From contig CAVQSF010000033.1 of NCBI GenBank assembly GCA_963715275.1, forward strand, positions 16,004-80,003: DNA of 64,000 nucleotides. Direction: 5' to 3'. The position numbers and the translations under genes are program-made. Each line of letters starts with the position of its first letter. Positions within the stretch are counted from its first letter, which is position 1. Origin of the DNA: an uncultured Planctomycetaceae bacterium (GTDB taxonomy: Bacteria > Planctomycetota > Planctomycetia > Pirellulales > Pirellulaceae). Shown here piece by piece: positions 51,974 to 62,616 of the stretch. The notes below the pieces were generated by a model. The model did no database searches. It was not told the origin of the DNA and worked only from the letters and a program-made list of their open reading frames with translations.

Positions 51974-52972
51974 ATGTCCACCTTAGCTAAAACGCTAGAA
52001 CTCCGCCGGGCCGAGTGGCATCGCCTGGATGAAATGTTAGACCAGGTAGCTACCCGTGGGCTTCGGGGTTGTCGCGGCGAAGCGTTGGCTGTCATTTCAG
52101 ATTTGTATCGATCGGCCTGCGCTGATCTGGCCATGGCCGAGCAATATCGACTTTCACCCCAGACTGTCAGCTACCTGCACGGCTTGGTGGGACGAGCTCA
52201 CAACTCGATTTATCGGTCAAGGCGATTCCAATTTCACTTGTGGTGGGACGTGGCCTTCCGCCAGGCGCCGAGACAGATATTTCGAGATCGATGCGTGCAC
52301 ATCTGCGGACTCCTGTTCTTCGGTCTGTTCGGTCTAGCCGCCTACCTGGCCTTCAATGATGAAGTGTTCCCCAACTTTACGGAAAATGTGCTGGGCGCGG
52401 AGTCGATGGAGATGTTGGAGAGTATGTACTCGGAAGTACAGTTTCGCGAGGGAAGCGGCCGAGACATCGGTACCAACTTGACGATGGTGGCGTTTTATAT
52501 CCAACACAATACGGGCATTGGACTCGAATGCTTCGCGCTCGGCGTACTCATTATTCCTGGCTTATATACGACCGCTTATAACGCCACCGCCCTGGGCGCA
52601 TCGTTTGGCTATATGGCTCGTGGAGACACCGAAGGTGGCGACAGCTTTCTTGAATTTGTAACGGCTCATGGCTCTTTTGAACTGACGGCCATTGCACTGG
52701 CTGCCGCGGCAGGCTTACGCATTGGCAGTGGTTGGCTGTTCACCGGTGGGCTGACGCGTTTGGCCTCGTTGCAAGCCAGAGCGCAGGAAGCCCTGCCGAT
52801 TATGGCCGTATCCGGCGTCTTGTTTTTCTTGGCCGCTCTCACCGAAGGACTGTTTTCACCCAGTTCGGTGCCATACCTGTTTAAGGCTATCTGGGGCATC
52901 TTCTCGAGCTCGCTCATGATGTTTTATTTTGTAGTGCTTGGTTATCCAGCGGAGGAGTCGAGTGCAGCTTGA
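51974..52972 (+). CDS. Stage II sporulation protein M (DUF95) family membrane protein
   Basis: LYRSACADLA, YLHGLVGRAH, FYIQHN, AHGSFELTAI, ALTEGLFSP. Confidence 0.85.
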   Translation: MSTLAKTLELRRAEWHRLDEMLDQVATRGLRGCRGEALAVISDLYRSACADLAMAEQYRLSPQTVSYLHGLVGRAHNSIYRSRRFQFHLWWDVAFRQAPRQIFRDRCVHICGLLFFGLFGLAAYLAFNDEVFPNFTENVLGAESMEMLESMYSEVQFREGSGRDIGTNLTMVAFYIQHNTGIGLECFALGVLIIPGLYTTAYNATALGASFGYMARGDTEGGDSFLEFVTAHGSFELTAIALAAAAGLRIGSGWLFTGGLTRLASLQARAQEALPIMAVSGVLFFLAALTEGLFSPSSVPYLFKAIWGIFSSSLMMFYFVVLGYPAEESSAA

Positions 52973-53924
52973 TAAAACAGAGATTGTGATCCGGCAACGC
53001 TCAGCGCTTGAACTTCTGGATTTGAGCCTGCTGGTCCTGCGCAAACACTTTGGGCCAATTTGGAAGTCCAGCGCCGTACTGGGAGTCCCGCTGCTGGTTG
53101 TCGACGTGCTCGCCGTGGCCTGGATGTTGAATGAAGATTCCTACTTGGCCGCCGAAAACCTCAGCGAACCGCTCACGGCCATGCGTTGGAGGCATTCGTT
53201 TCACGTGTGCTTGCTGTACGTCTGCCAATTTCCGTTAATATCCTTGCCAACGACTGTGTTTTTGGGGAATCAAATTTTCTTCGAACAGATGTCCCCAAGC
53301 AAGCTACTTCGGCGTCTCAAGCCGATTGCACTACGATGCATCTTGGTGCTCGGCCTCTTGCGTTTGGGATTGATCAGCCTAGTCGCTGAATTCTGGATTG
53401 AACGCAGCGTCGCCTTTGATTGGGCCGCCGAGTTTTGGCTGGTCATTGGGATATCTTTCGCGGCCGTGACGATCCGAGCCGGTTGGCCTTTCGCTCCCGA
53501 AATACTTGGTTTGGAGCTATGCCCGCTGAGATCCAGCCGGGGAGGCGAGATCACCTACGCGCAGCGCAGTCGGGGCTTGCACAAGTTATTGATGTCCGAG
53601 CACGTCGGTCGCTTTATGGCGTCAGCTTTCTTCGCCATACTGCTCACAGTCGCTTTGCTGGGCGTGCTGCTGTTCATCAAGGGCGTCGGCACAGGCTCTT
53701 GGGCGTGGAATGCCTGGTTCGACCACTTGTTGTTTCCGCTCTGCATGTGGCTGGTCGGACTATTCATGGCGGTTTTCCGCTTTCTTTCCTACTTGGACAG
53801 CCGTATTCGATTGGAGGGGTGGGAGATCGAATTGCGACTCCGGGCCGAAGCGACTCGCCTGGCAAATAAGATGCGCAAACCGAAGGTTTCAACCGAACTG
53901 GTGGCGGAGCAAGTTGCGACATGA
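52962..53924 (+). CDS. Multi-pass membrane protein of the MoxR operon
   Basis: IRQRSALELLDL; YLDSRIRLEGWEIEL; RBS GGAGG before GTG. Confidence 0.75.
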   Translation: MQLDKTEIVIRQRSALELLDLSLLVLRKHFGPIWKSSAVLGVPLLVVDVLAVAWMLNEDSYLAAENLSEPLTAMRWRHSFHVCLLYVCQFPLISLPTTVFLGNQIFFEQMSPSKLLRRLKPIALRCILVLGLLRLGLISLVAEFWIERSVAFDWAAEFWLVIGISFAAVTIRAGWPFAPEILGLELCPLRSSRGGEITYAQRSRGLHKLLMSEHVGRFMASAFFAILLTVALLGVLLFIKGVGTGSWAWNAWFDHLLFPLCMWLVGLFMAVFRFLSYLDSRIRLEGWEIELRLRAEATRLANKMRKPKVSTELVAEQVAT

Positions 53925-54796
53925 GGCCACATTGCGTTGATTTTCCGACGAGGATCCTGCGGCTGGCGACAGTGCTTCACATGGCATGCTGGCTTTCACT
54001 GCCCACCATCCACGCTGATGAAGGCAGTCAACCCGATGCCGACCGGGCTATCAAGTCGATCGGCCAACAGACCTGGTACGATCGTCAAGCAGATGGTTAT
54101 GCTCCGCCAAGAGTCCGTGACTCAGTCGATAATCCACTCAGAACACAAGGCTGGATCGCTGAGAAATCGAACGAGAAGAAAATCCAACAGGCCAAGAATG
54201 CTCAGGCCGGCAAGGGAGGCAGCAATTGGAATTTTGGTTTTCAGAATCTCGACCCGACTCTGTTTTCATCGCTGATGATTGCCGTACTGGCGATCGCCCT
54301 GGTGTCAGTCATCGTGCTGCTGACTTACCACTCATTGCGCAATTACATGCCTAATCGATGGGAGGCCAATAACAAGAAAAAGTCCATTGAAATCGATCCC
54401 GCCAAAGTTTCGGACTTGCCTTTTGACGTGCAACAAGCCACCCATGAAAATCCGCTGGCCGAAGCCGAAGCCTTGATGCGGGCTGGCGACTACTCGCGGG
54501 CCATTATTTTCTTATACGGCTACATGCTCCTAGCGCTCGATCAGTCACGCGCGATCGAACTGCAACGCGGCAAAACGAATCGCATGTACCTGAGCGAATT
54601 GAAACGGCAATTGGAACTGCGTGAACTGGTGGAAACCACCATGCTGGCCTTCGAAGAGGTCTATTTCGGCAAGCATCCTCTTACCCGCGAGCAGTTCTTA
54701 GCCAGCTGGAATCAGCTGGACAAATTTCATGAGCTGGCGACTGGAACGGTGTCAGCCGGCAGTCGCCCTGCCGTGGCGGAGGTGGTGCCCACATGA
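53921..54796 (+). CDS. DUF4129 domain protein
   Basis: GDYSRAIIFLY, GKTNRMYLSEL, FEEVYFG. Confidence 0.75.
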   Translation: MRPHCVDFPTRILRLATVLHMACWLSLPTIHADEGSQPDADRAIKSIGQQTWYDRQADGYAPPRVRDSVDNPLRTQGWIAEKSNEKKIQQAKNAQAGKGGSNWNFGFQNLDPTLFSSLMIAVLAIALVSVIVLLTYHSLRNYMPNRWEANNKKKSIEIDPAKVSDLPFDVQQATHENPLAEAEALMRAGDYSRAIIFLYGYMLLALDQSRAIELQRGKTNRMYLSELKRQLELRELVETTMLAFEEVYFGKHPLTREQFLASWNQLDKFHELATGTVSAGSRPAVAEVVPT

Positions 54797-56382
54797 AGCT
54801 AATATGCGCTGCTCTCACCCCATGCCGTGGTGTACCCGGCCTGCCGCGGCTTTTGCTGTGTGGCTGGCTGCTAATAACCAGCGGTTGCGCCAGCCTCTTG
54901 CCGGAGACGACGCCCTTTGGTGCTATTAGCGGTGTTGACGCACGACGCAGCCTAAATGGCTTGGCCGTCCACAAGAAGATGTGGGAGCTGGCGGGGGCAA
55001 AGTGCTTGACGCCAAAAAAGCTATCGCCACGTCTCGAAGAAAACTTGGACGTGATCGTGCTCGTCGGGCAGTCTTACAGCCCGCCCGGGATTGTCGCCCG
55101 CGATTGGCTTGAGAGCTGGCTGTCGCAGTCGAGTGGGCGGAGCGTGATTTATTTTGGTCGTGACTTCAACGCCAGTCTCTTTTACCGACAGCAGACGCTC
55201 AATCTGTTGCCCGCGGACCAGCTTCAGCGAGGAGAAGTGGCTTTGGCTCAAGCCCGCGTGGACGAGCTGAATCTCAGGTTGCGAGAGCTTCCGGAAAACA
55301 CATTCTGCCGGTGGTTCTATCTGGATGGCACCCAGCCACGCGGCGACTACACGGCATTCACTGGCCCCTGGTCGGAGGATATTGCGAAGGTCGAAGGAAC
55401 TTGGCCGGTGGGAGTCAGGTTGCAGACACCAGACGAAAAATGGCAACAGCAGCTGCCCAGCTGGCTAGCGCAGCCAGCCACCCCGAACAGCTTGACCCCC
55501 GCGAATCCGCCGGCTCCAGCGGATGAAGAGGAAAGCGCGGTCCAACGCAGCAGCTGGGAAGTCGGGGAGCTCAGCTCGGCTGAATCCTGGAATGCCGAGT
55601 TTGGTCGAGCGGCGGAATCTTCGGTGTTACTCTCCGGAGCTGACGGTCAGCCACTTGTTTACCGGCTGACGCACGGCAGTTTCGGAGATGGCCAGATCTT
55701 GATCGTGGCCAACGGGGCCCCGTTTTTGAATGGCTCACTAGTCGCCCCGCTTCATCGCGTCGTCGGCGAGAAGATCATCGAGCAGTGCCTGCCAGCCAAA
55801 CGCGTCGCCTTACTAGCCTATGATGAGAGCGGTATTCTGATCAGTCGGGGATCCGATGCCGATGACCGAGCCGCCGGCTTGGAAGTATTGACAGTGTGGC
55901 CGCTAAGCGCCATTACCATGCCGGCTGCCTTGCTGGGCATCCTGATTTGCATCGTGCTTTCTCCAATCCTGGGACGTCCGCAATCCGCGCCCCGCCGCAG
56001 TGTTTCCGATTTCGGGTTGCACATTAGTGCTCTAGGCCGGATGTTATTCGAGTCCCGCGATCTGGAATATGCCAAAAAAGTGATTGCCGAATACTATCGG
56101 ACAGTGCGCGTCGAAGCTCCTCCCTATTGGCTTGATTCGATAGGCAGTGGTTCGGGAGGCAGTAGTTCGGCGGACAGCAGTGCTGTAGGGTCGAATTCCG
56201 CTGACGCCACCTCCTCACCGGTTGGCTCCGGAGCAGCCGATTCCGGTCCAGCTGTCTCCGGTCCAGCTGTCTCGGGGGCAGCGAGTGCCGTTGCAGCGGA
56301 TGGCACGCCGCCTTCGCAATCCAGTGACAGTGAGCCGATCGTGGCGACCCTGGTCGAGAATCAAAGCCAGTCAGGCTCTTAA
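54793..56382 (+). CDS. DUF4350-like extracytoplasmic protein with C-terminal TM segment and Ser-rich tail
   Basis: SLNGLAV, GQILIVANGAPFLN, PILGRP, DFGLHISALGRML; position in operon. Confidence 0.6.
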   Translation: MKLICAALTPCRGVPGLPRLLLCGWLLITSGCASLLPETTPFGAISGVDARRSLNGLAVHKKMWELAGAKCLTPKKLSPRLEENLDVIVLVGQSYSPPGIVARDWLESWLSQSSGRSVIYFGRDFNASLFYRQQTLNLLPADQLQRGEVALAQARVDELNLRLRELPENTFCRWFYLDGTQPRGDYTAFTGPWSEDIAKVEGTWPVGVRLQTPDEKWQQQLPSWLAQPATPNSLTPANPPAPADEEESAVQRSSWEVGELSSAESWNAEFGRAAESSVLLSGADGQPLVYRLTHGSFGDGQILIVANGAPFLNGSLVAPLHRVVGEKIIEQCLPAKRVALLAYDESGILISRGSDADDRAAGLEVLTVWPLSAITMPAALLGILICIVLSPILGRPQSAPRRSVSDFGLHISALGRMLFESRDLEYAKKVIAEYYRTVRVEAPPYWLDSIGSGSGGSSSADSSAVGSNSADATSSPVGSGAADSGPAVSGPAVSGAASAVAADGTPPSQSSDSEPIVATLVENQSQSGS

Positions 56383-56461
56383 TATGTCGGCGAAAGTTAA
56401 GCGGAATCAGGCGGAACTCTACACGAATCATCCACCCCTCAACGTCTGAAGACGAGTTTAA

Positions 56462-57451
56462 ATGAGAAGCACGAAAGAACTGTTCGAAACCGTTTCACGC
56501 GAACTCCAAAAGATTTACGTTGGACAAGAGGAACTGGTACTGTCGACATTGGTCGCACTATTTTCGGGTGGGCATGTGTTAATCGAGAGTCTACCCGGCA
56601 TGGGGAAGACGCTCTTTGTCCGTGCACTAGGTCGTATCTTGGGCTGCGAGTTTGGCAGGATTCAGTTTACCTCCGATCTGATGCCTTCCGACATCACGGG
56701 CGCACCGCTACTGGACGTACGCACGCAAGAGTTTCGCTTTCGTCCGGGACCGGTGTTCACCCAGCTGTTGTTAGCCGATGAAATCAACCGTTCACCCGCC
56801 AAAACCCACGCCGCCCTGCTAGAAATTATGCAGGAGTTTCGGGTTACGGTCGACGGAACCAGTCATGTGCTGCAGCGTCCATTCTTGGTCCTCGCGACAC
56901 AGAATCCAATTGAAAGCGAGGGCACCTACAACCTGCCGGAAGCACAATTGGACCGTTTCATGTTCAAGGTGGTGATCGAGTACCCCGACGAGCAAGAGGA
57001 ATCGCGAATTCTGACGCTCCATAGCCAGCAGGTGGATCTCAACGAACGCTTGGAGAATGAGCTGTCGACGATCACTTCCCCAGAAGAGATTCTGCAAATC
57101 ATCGCCTTGAATGGGCACGTGCGCGTCGAGCCGCAATTAGTGGGCTACATTAACAAACTCGTGCGACAAACTAGAGCTTGGCCGAGTTTTCACTTGGGAG
57201 CTTCGCCGCGGGCCGGAATCGCCTTGATGCAAGGCGCCCGCACTTTGGCAGCTTTCCGAGGTCGTGACTATGCCATTCCGGATGATGTGGTGGACATTGC
57301 GCTACCAGCCTTGCGGCACCGCATCATCATGACGGCCGAGGCTGAAGTAGAGGGGCTGAGAGTCGACGATCAGTTGCGGCAATTGCTCCGCAGTATTGAA
57401 GTCCCCAAGGGTACTCCCTCCGCAAGTCCATTGGTCAGCGCAACGCAATGA
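56462..57451 (+). CDS. moxR: MoxR AAA+ ATPase
   Basis: GHVLIESLPGMGKT, RIQFTSDLMPSD, LADEINR, ATQNPIE.EGTY.LPEAQLDRF, GASPR. Confidence 0.93.
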   Translation: MRSTKELFETVSRELQKIYVGQEELVLSTLVALFSGGHVLIESLPGMGKTLFVRALGRILGCEFGRIQFTSDLMPSDITGAPLLDVRTQEFRFRPGPVFTQLLLADEINRSPAKTHAALLEIMQEFRVTVDGTSHVLQRPFLVLATQNPIESEGTYNLPEAQLDRFMFKVVIEYPDEQEESRILTLHSQQVDLNERLENELSTITSPEEILQIIALNGHVRVEPQLVGYINKLVRQTRAWPSFHLGASPRAGIALMQGARTLAAFRGRDYAIPDDVVDIALPALRHRIIMTAEAEVEGLRVDDQLRQLLRSIEVPKGTPSASPLVSATQ

Positions 57452-58872
57452 ATGCCGCGACGGAAACCACCGTTTCACTGCTGGATTGGGGCATTACTCC
57501 CTGGACCCTGCTGGTCCTGTGCCTGATTCCGCTGGCGCTGCTGATCCGTCTGCAAGCAATCTATCCGACCCAGCGTTTGGCTTGGCTGGCAGCAATCCCC
57601 TTCCTTCTATCGTTTCCCACACCTTGGATTCCCAGCTGGTGGTGGATGGTGCCTGCTACTGCCGGCGCGGCTCTGGCCGTGGCAGCCGCGGTTGACCTGC
57701 TCAGCCTGCCCACCATCAAGAACATCCACATTCAACGCACCATGCAACGGGTTGCGTCCCTGGGTAATCGCCATCAAGTGGAAGTCAATGTCGATCATAC
57801 GGGTCCCCGCACCATCGTGCTCGATCTAGCCGATGATGCGGCGGATGGCCTGAAGATCGAACCTCCTTCCCACCACCTGGTGCTTGCGCCGGGCAAGCGG
57901 ACGACGGTGGAACACTTCATCACTCCGCATCGCCGCGGGGCATTCGAACTGGAAAAAGTGTTCACACAATTGTACAGCCGCCTGGAACTGTGGAAGCGCC
58001 AGCATGCTTTCGCATCGCATAACTCCCTTCACGTTTATCCGGATATCAAGCAGATCAGTGAGTATGCGTTACTGGCCCGGACCAATCGTCTCAGTCAGAT
58101 TGGTGTACGCCGTACGCGCCGCCCAGGCCAGGACAACGATTTCGAGCGACTGCGAGACTATCAACGCGACGACAACTACCGGCATATCGATTGGCGCAGT
58201 ACCGCGCGACGCCAAAAATTGACGGTGAAACAATTTCAGACCGATCAGAGCCAGCGTGTGCTTTTCTTGTTAGATTGCGGTCGCATGATGACCAACGAGT
58301 ACGAGCGGCTGAGTCTCCTAGACTACGCGCTTAATTCGGTGCTGATGCTGAGCTATGTGGCTCTCGACCAGGGGGACTCCGTAGGCATGCTCTGTTTCTC
58401 CGATCAGATTCACACCTATGTTCCCCCGGCTGGCGGAAAAGGCCAAATGAACCGCATCCTGCATGCTGGCTTCAATCAATTTCCGGGGTTGGTCCAGTCG
58501 CGATTCGATGAGGCCTTTTTGTACCTCTCGAAACACTGTCGCCGTCGATCACTAGTGGTCTTGGTGACCAATGTCATTGATCAAGTCAATGCGCAGCAAA
58601 TCCAAAATTACATGGGAAATCTGATCGGCTGCCATCTACCCTTATTGGTGTTGCTGCGCGATCACCGGATCTTCGAAGCGGCCGACCATCCCAACCCGGA
58701 TGCGGCCGTTCTCTATCGCAGCGCTGCCGCTTGTCAGCTGCTCGTATGGCGCCACCATGTCCTACAGCGCATGAAAGCCAGGGGCGGACTCTCGTTGGAC
58801 GTCTTCCCCGAAGATATGACTTCGCCTTTGGTTAATCAGTATCTCGAAATCAAGGCACGCCACCTACTGTGA
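57448..58872 (+). CDS. DUF58 (vWA-like) protein
   Basis: FERLRDYQRDDNYRHIDWRSTAR, FLLDCGRMM, GDSVG, YLEIKARHLL. Confidence 0.88.
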   Translation: MNAATETTVSLLDWGITPWTLLVLCLIPLALLIRLQAIYPTQRLAWLAAIPFLLSFPTPWIPSWWWMVPATAGAALAVAAAVDLLSLPTIKNIHIQRTMQRVASLGNRHQVEVNVDHTGPRTIVLDLADDAADGLKIEPPSHHLVLAPGKRTTVEHFITPHRRGAFELEKVFTQLYSRLELWKRQHAFASHNSLHVYPDIKQISEYALLARTNRLSQIGVRRTRRPGQDNDFERLRDYQRDDNYRHIDWRSTARRQKLTVKQFQTDQSQRVLFLLDCGRMMTNEYERLSLLDYALNSVLMLSYVALDQGDSVGMLCFSDQIHTYVPPAGGKGQMNRILHAGFNQFPGLVQSRFDEAFLYLSKHCRRRSLVVLVTNVIDQVNAQQIQNYMGNLIGCHLPLLVLLRDHRIFEAADHPNPDAAVLYRSAAACQLLVWRHHVLQRMKARGGLSLDVFPEDMTSPLVNQYLEIKARHLL

Positions 58873-58928
58873 GACCACAGGCCTAAGCATCCCCGACCCT
58901 TACCGTCGACCCATGAGAGGCACCAAGC

Positions 58929-60543
58929 ATGAAACTAGCTTCCGAGATGACAATTGCTGTTTGTTTAACCATGATGGCAGCCAGCCTGGTTGTCGTTGAT
59001 GCCCAGGAAGCAGAGCCGCCGATCGACGCTGATATTCTGCTGAAGCAGGGCAGCCTACACCTAGGCGATGCCGAGGCACCACGGATTGGTGATGTGGCCA
59101 TCCGGGACGGCATCATTGTGGCGGTCGGCGAATTTCCAGTGGGCAGCGTCAAACAGAGCCTGGATTGCACGGGACTCGTGATCAGTCCTGGATTCATTGA
59201 CTTGCATAACCACAGCGATGACGGCGTGGTGAGGAACGCGACCCGCGCGGTGGCCAACTACCTAACGCAAGGTTGCACGACGATCGTGACCGGCAATTGT
59301 GGAGCCGGTCCCGTCGATGTCAAAGGACTACTACGAAACACTGGACCAGCTGGGCGTAGGAATCAACGTGGCTCACCTATTACCCCAGGGAGACTTGCGG
59401 GGGCAGGTCATGGAGTCTGAACGTCGCCCCGCGACCGCCGAAGAAATGCAGCAGATGTTGGACCTGGCCGAGAAAGCCATGCAAGACGGCGCTTGGGGTA
59501 TGTCGTCCGGGTTAATCTATGTACCGAGTTCGTATGCCGACACATCGGAACTCGCCGAGATTGCCAAAGTGGTTGGACGTCATGGCGGAATTTACGCCAG
59601 CCACATTCGCAACGAAGGCACCCAGTTGCTGGACGCGGTTACCGAGGCTTTGGATATAGGCCGTCGAGCTAATTTGCCAGTCCATATTTCTCATTTCAAA
59701 TCTTCGGGCCAAGACTCTTGGGGATTAGTCAGAACGGCGGTGGAGGTGATCAAAGAAGCGCGGGCAGTGGGGCAAACGGTCACTGCGGATCAGTACCCCT
59801 ACACCGCTTCCAGCACATCCCTATCGGCCACTTGCATTCCGGCGTGGGCCCGGGCTGGCGGTCGCGAGAAGATGCTGGAGCGTATTGAAACCGAAGGGGA
59901 CGAGTCCCAGCAAATCCTGGACGCGATCCGCCGCAAGCTGGAAATTACCGACAATGGACATCGCTTGCAGATCTCGCTTTTCAAGCCTCGCCCGGATTGG
60001 TCCGGCCTGCGGCTGGACGACATCGCGCGTGAAGCTGGGCTGACCACGCTGGAATTGCTGCTCAAAATTGAGCGCGAGGGGGGCGCCTCGATTGTCAATC
60101 ACAGCATCAACGAATCGGACGTGCGGTTCGTCATGCAGCAGCCTTGGGTCGCTACAGCCTCGGACGGATCTTCCAGGATTCCCAGCCATGAAATTCCACA
60201 CCCCCGGAGTTATGGGACCTTCCCACGCAAGATTGGTTACTACGCAGTGACCGAAAACGCCGTGGACTTCAACCAGGCCGTGCGCAGCTGCTGTGGTTTG
60301 CCTGCGGATATCCTCGGCCTCAAGGATCGGGGCTATCTCAAAGTCGGTTACGCCGCCGACATTGCCGTGTGGAGTGCCACGGAATTAATAGACACCGCTA
60401 CCTTCGAGCGACCCCACAGTTACAGCCGGGGTGTACGCTACCTGTTCGTCAATGGCACGCCCGCTATCTACGATAGCCATCTCACCGGAGCCCTTGCCGG
60501 CCAGGCTTTACGACACGAGTCGGCCGAGACGACCGAGCAATAG
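58929..60543 (+). CDS. N-acyl-D-amino-acid deacylase (amidohydrolase), split by a frameshift near 59325
   Basis: PGFIDLHNH, GNCG, SSGLIY.P, SHIRNE, HISHFK, HPRSYGTFPR. Confidence 0.88.
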
Positions 60544-60714
60544 CGCTGCTGTTTGGGCGGCTCTAAAGTCACGTGATGCCAGGAAGTCCTGTTCCCGCTG
60601 CGAGTGTGCCCGTCGCGAGTGTGCCCGTCGCGACTTCCCCAAAACGCCTCGCTCGCGGGACTGACTCACTTCGCTGGCTTTGCTGGGGAGGTGAGTTCTA
60701 ATCACCTGCGCGGG

Positions 60715-61734
60715 CTATTCAGCTTCCGGATGCGTGGTGACTTCGAAGCCCATGTCGGCAATCATCTGATAATCCGACTCGGGAGGCTGCCCTTTGGTGG
60801 TCAGGTAATCACCGACAAAAATGCTGTTGGCGACGTACAAACTCAGTGGTTGCAACGACCGGAGATGCTTTTCGCGACCACCCGCAATGCGTAGCTCACT
60901 GGCTGGATTGACAAACCGCATCATGCACAAGCCTCGAAGACAGTCTCGAGGAGTCAATTCCGGTTGCTCACCTAGAGGTGTACCTTCGATCGCGTGCAAA
61001 AAGTTGAGCGGTATGGATTCAACCTTCAATCTTCGAAGTTCCATAGCCATCGAGACCAAGTCGCGTGGCGACTCGCCCATGCCCATAATGCCTCCACTGC
61101 ACAGCTCGAGCCCCGCCTGCCGTACATTTTCGAGAGTATCCAATCGATCCTGGTAGGTGTGGGTTGAACAAATATCGCCATAGTGCTCTTGGCCAGTGTT
61201 CAAGTTGTGATTCACGCGGTCTACCCCACAGGCCTTGAGTCGCGCCGAGTTCTCTGGAGTCAGCAGCCCTAAACAGGCACAGATCTTGAGGTCATACTGC
61301 TTCTTCACGGCGGGCACGACTTGTTCAACGGCCTTCATTTCCCTTTCGCTCGGTGCGCGACCGCTGATCACGATGCAATATGTTTTGGATTTTCGCTCGG
61401 CGGCTACGCGTGCGCCGTCAAGCAACTGTTCAATTGAGAGCATGCGGTACTTGTCAATTGGGGCCGTCGAGAGCTTCGATTGAGAACAGTAGCCACAGTC
61501 TTCCGGGCACAGACCGCTCTTGGCGTTGACGAGAAAATACAGCTGCACGGTATTCCCGAAGTGGTGGCGTCGCAAACGATACGCGGCCGCTACCAAATCC
61601 AGCAATTCTTCATCGCTGCTGTGCAGGACGCTCTCTGCCTGCTCGAACGTAACCGACTCGCCGGAAAGAACTTGGGACGCCAGCCGGTCCCAATCGTTGT
61701 CTGTCGTCGAAGTGGAATTGGATTCGAGCAACAT
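60715..61734 (-). CDS. bioB: Biotin synthase
   Basis: NAKSGLCPEDCGYCSQS, NHNLNT, CSGGIMGMGE, RIAGGRE, ANSIFVGDYLTT. Confidence 0.95.
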   Translation of the reverse strand: MLLESNSTSTTDNDWDRLASQVLSGESVTFEQAESVLHSSDEELLDLVAAAYRLRRHHFGNTVQLYFLVNAKSGLCPEDCGYCSQSKLSTAPIDKYRMLSIEQLLDGARVAAERKSKTYCIVISGRAPSEREMKAVEQVVPAVKKQYDLKICACLGLLTPENSARLKACGVDRVNHNLNTGQEHYGDICSTHTYQDRLDTLENVRQAGLELCSGGIMGMGESPRDLVSMAMELRRLKVESIPLNFLHAIEGTPLGEQPELTPRDCLRGLCMMRFVNPASELRIAGGREKHLRSLQPLSLYVANSIFVGDYLTTKGQPPESDYQMIADMGFEVTTHPEAE

Positions 61735-61940
61735 GGTCGGAGAACACCCTGAATTCTGAAGGATTAAAAGTTGCCGGGTCGAGACAATCTCGCTGTAGAA
61801 AACCGCAAAAGATCACCCGACCGGTGGCATGTCCGAGTTAATTATGGCCATAATCTTAGCCGAAAGCGACCTGGCCCACAGCCTGCCATGGCGTCGACTC
61901 CGCAAAGCAACACATTCATACGACGAGGGCCAATCTAGCG

Positions 61941-62522
61941 TTGTCTGCAACCACCGAAACATACTCGACGTTTTTGCTGATTCGAATTGGACTCCTTGGA
62001 CAGATAGGGAGATTCCTAGCGTCGAGCGAGCAGGAATTCGGTCGGAGTGATCGCGTCGTCTGCCGAACCTCTCGAGGTGTCGAAGTCGGGGAAGTGCTGC
62101 GCCAGGTGGAATCCCGTTCTAACAGGGCTATTGAGGCTGATGGAAGTGTACTGCGCAGGATGCGACCGGAAGACGAGTTGCTGTGGGGCCACCTGCGACA
62201 GCTAAGCCGTGATGCGCATGCGGGATGTGAAGCCTGGTTGAGGGAAAATGGTTTTGCCCAGGTATTGCTGGATGTCGAGCCGTTGCTGGACGGAAAGACT
62301 CTCTATTTCCATTTCATGACCAATGTCGATGATCCGGTCGAAAAATATGTGGACGAGTTGGTGAGGGTCTATGAGCAGCAAGTTGCGCACAGCGACTTTG
62401 CCGCCTTACTCGAGCACGGTTGCGGCCCCGGATGCGGCACCGAGCAATCGGAAAATGGATGCAGCAAGCGCGGCGGATGCTCGGTCTGTAGCGTGGCTCA
62501 GGCGTGTCGTTCGAAGAGTTGA
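61941..62522 (+). CDS. PSP1 C-terminal-like (RicT/YaaT-related) protein with Cys-rich tail
   Basis: RVVCRTSRGVEVGEVL, GSVLRRM, DVEPLLDGKTLYFHF; tail GCGPGCG..GC...GCSVC....C. Confidence 0.7.
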   Translation: MSATTETYSTFLLIRIGLLGQIGRFLASSEQEFGRSDRVVCRTSRGVEVGEVLRQVESRSNRAIEADGSVLRRMRPEDELLWGHLRQLSRDAHAGCEAWLRENGFAQVLLDVEPLLDGKTLYFHFMTNVDDPVEKYVDELVRVYEQQVAHSDFAALLEHGCGPGCGTEQSENGCSKRGGCSVCSVAQACRSKS

Positions 62523-62616
62523 GCGGCACGAAACGCCAGTGGTGATGTTGCACCGGTAAAATCCAAGTCAGCAAAACGCCGAGCAAATACTGGCTCGAAT
62601 CGCAGGCTGCTGTGTT

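Noticed and set aside
10428-60543. Programmed frameshifting or pseudogenes at ~10990, ~30570, ~31490, ~36950, ~44175, ~59325
   Set aside because: Single small indels mostly at G/A runs or a GC dinucleotide repeat in otherwise intact, unrelated genes; most simply long-read consensus errors (check by polishing)
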